A stretch of DNA of 63,995 nucleotides, filler included, from Octopus bimaculoides (taxonomy: Eukaryota): assembly GCF_001194135.2 (NCBI RefSeq). It is 8 parts of 6 records of this genome, joined end to end, with 100 filler letters (N's around TTAATTAATTAA, not from the genome) between each part and the next. Parts side by side here need not be neighbours in the genome. Positions count along the whole stretch, not along the records: positions 62,621 to 63,995 come from NC_068982.1; 7 more parts are not named here. One strand, given 5' to 3'. Numbering within the stretch: position 1 is the first letter of the stretch; every line of letters begins with the position of its first letter. Positions 62,719-63,995 of this stretch are shown here, one piece after another. The position numbers and the translations under genes were made by a program. The notes beneath the pieces are model-generated. The model ran no database searches. It was not told the origin of the DNA and worked only from the letters and a program-made list of their open reading frames with translations.

Positions 62719-63246
62719 TCCCACACATCTCATACGATATGTTGTATATGTCTTATATTTGCATACTTAATTGTACATATAATCTCTCAATTTCAGTAAT
62801 TCAACAAATGACAAATCTTCGTGTTTTTTTTTTCTTTTACCCTAGTCTCATCACTATATTTTGTCATGTACGTTCCCTTATATTTTTATAATTAATTTTA
62901 TAATTAGAATGCAGAAGTTATTTCCCCTTAGAAAACAAATTTCAAAACCAGCTTACATATAATTATTCTGCATGATTTTAACCCAAAATAGAGCATGACT
63001 GCTTTCTACAATAATCTTCCTATTAGACATTACTCACCACGACTTTCCTCCACTCTAATCACTTTTCTTCTTTTCCTTACATTTTTACAATAGTAAAAAC
63101 ACATCAATAGACATACGAATTATTTCACATATTGAACTGGTGCTTCATAACCGACCGCTTTGTAACGAAACAATTGTACACTTGTAAGCATAATTCTGTA
63201 ATTTAATAGAAATCTGATTTGCTCTGCATTACATCTTTGAATATGA

Positions 63247-63293
<47 letters not shown>

Positions 63294-63784
63294 CACTCTC
63301 ACACACACAGACACACAAACGCGCGCGAGCCCACAAACACACACACATGCTCATGCATAGGTGGATAGATATACATGTGCATATATGTGTATAAGCATGT
63401 GAGTCATATCGGAAAATTGGCTGAGCTCAGAAATGGTTAAAAGAAAAAGTGGTAAAAAGAATTGATAAAGGATTGAGAGAATGGAAGAAAGGATGAAATA
63501 ATCAAGTAAAGGAAGTGAAGTACAGAAGAATGAAGGAAGGCTGAAAGAAAGGGACGGAGAAAGGAAAGGAAAGAAGAAGAAAAAAAAAGGAAGAAAAATG
63601 AAAGAAACCAGTCAAATTCTGACAGGGTGTCGTGTTAAATGACTACATTATAACACAGAATATTCTACAGCCACGTTATTCAAATACAAGCTGTGTACCA
63701 CTTATTGGCATAGTTACTCATGTCTTTTAACTTACACATATGCATAGACATACTTACACACGCGCACTCACTTTTACATACATA

Positions 63785-63815
<31 letters not shown>

Positions 63816-63995
63816 TGCAGGCATCCCGCACCTTACGGTTACCTCAGGTTACGTACTTTATGCTGAGGGAAATTTTAAATATGTTCACTAATTCAGGTTA
63901 GAGTTTGTGATTTCACTCTTACAATATATATATACATACATATACATATATATATGTATATATATATATGTGTGTGTATGTATGTATGTATGTAT

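Overview
Eukaryotic, AT-rich, gap-riddled draft-assembly DNA. The SINE families, microsatellite load and retroelement set resemble an octopus (coleoid cephalopod) genome; this is an inference, not a database result. I found no intact host protein-coding gene. Most listed ORFs are artefacts of microsatellites or N runs, or are transposon fragments. The window is a transposon graveyard: three tRNA-derived SINE families, RTE LINE 3' ends, several R4/Dong-type LINE pieces sitting in (TAA)n arrays, Tx1/L1-like, Penelope-like and Gypsy remnants, a Merlin transposase, a MULE derivative, a near full-length hAT (hATm-like) element with a nested RTE, a full-length Tc1 with ~200-bp TIRs, and a Helitron Rep/helicase remnant. 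The most notable observations are: (1) a tRNA-Thr(AGT)-like cloverleaf enclosed by ~100-bp inverted arms at 5191-5464; (2) a probable cluster of decayed Toll-like receptor (LRR-TM-TIR) genes at ~23.6-35 kb, read by hand across stops and frameshifts; (3) a non-coding ~550-bp element inserted in (TAA)n in the same polarity as the R4/Dong LINEs. Seven 100-bp gaps carry an artificial TTAATTAATTAA spacer. All protein assignments come from manual translation and motif recall and need HMM/BLAST confirmation.
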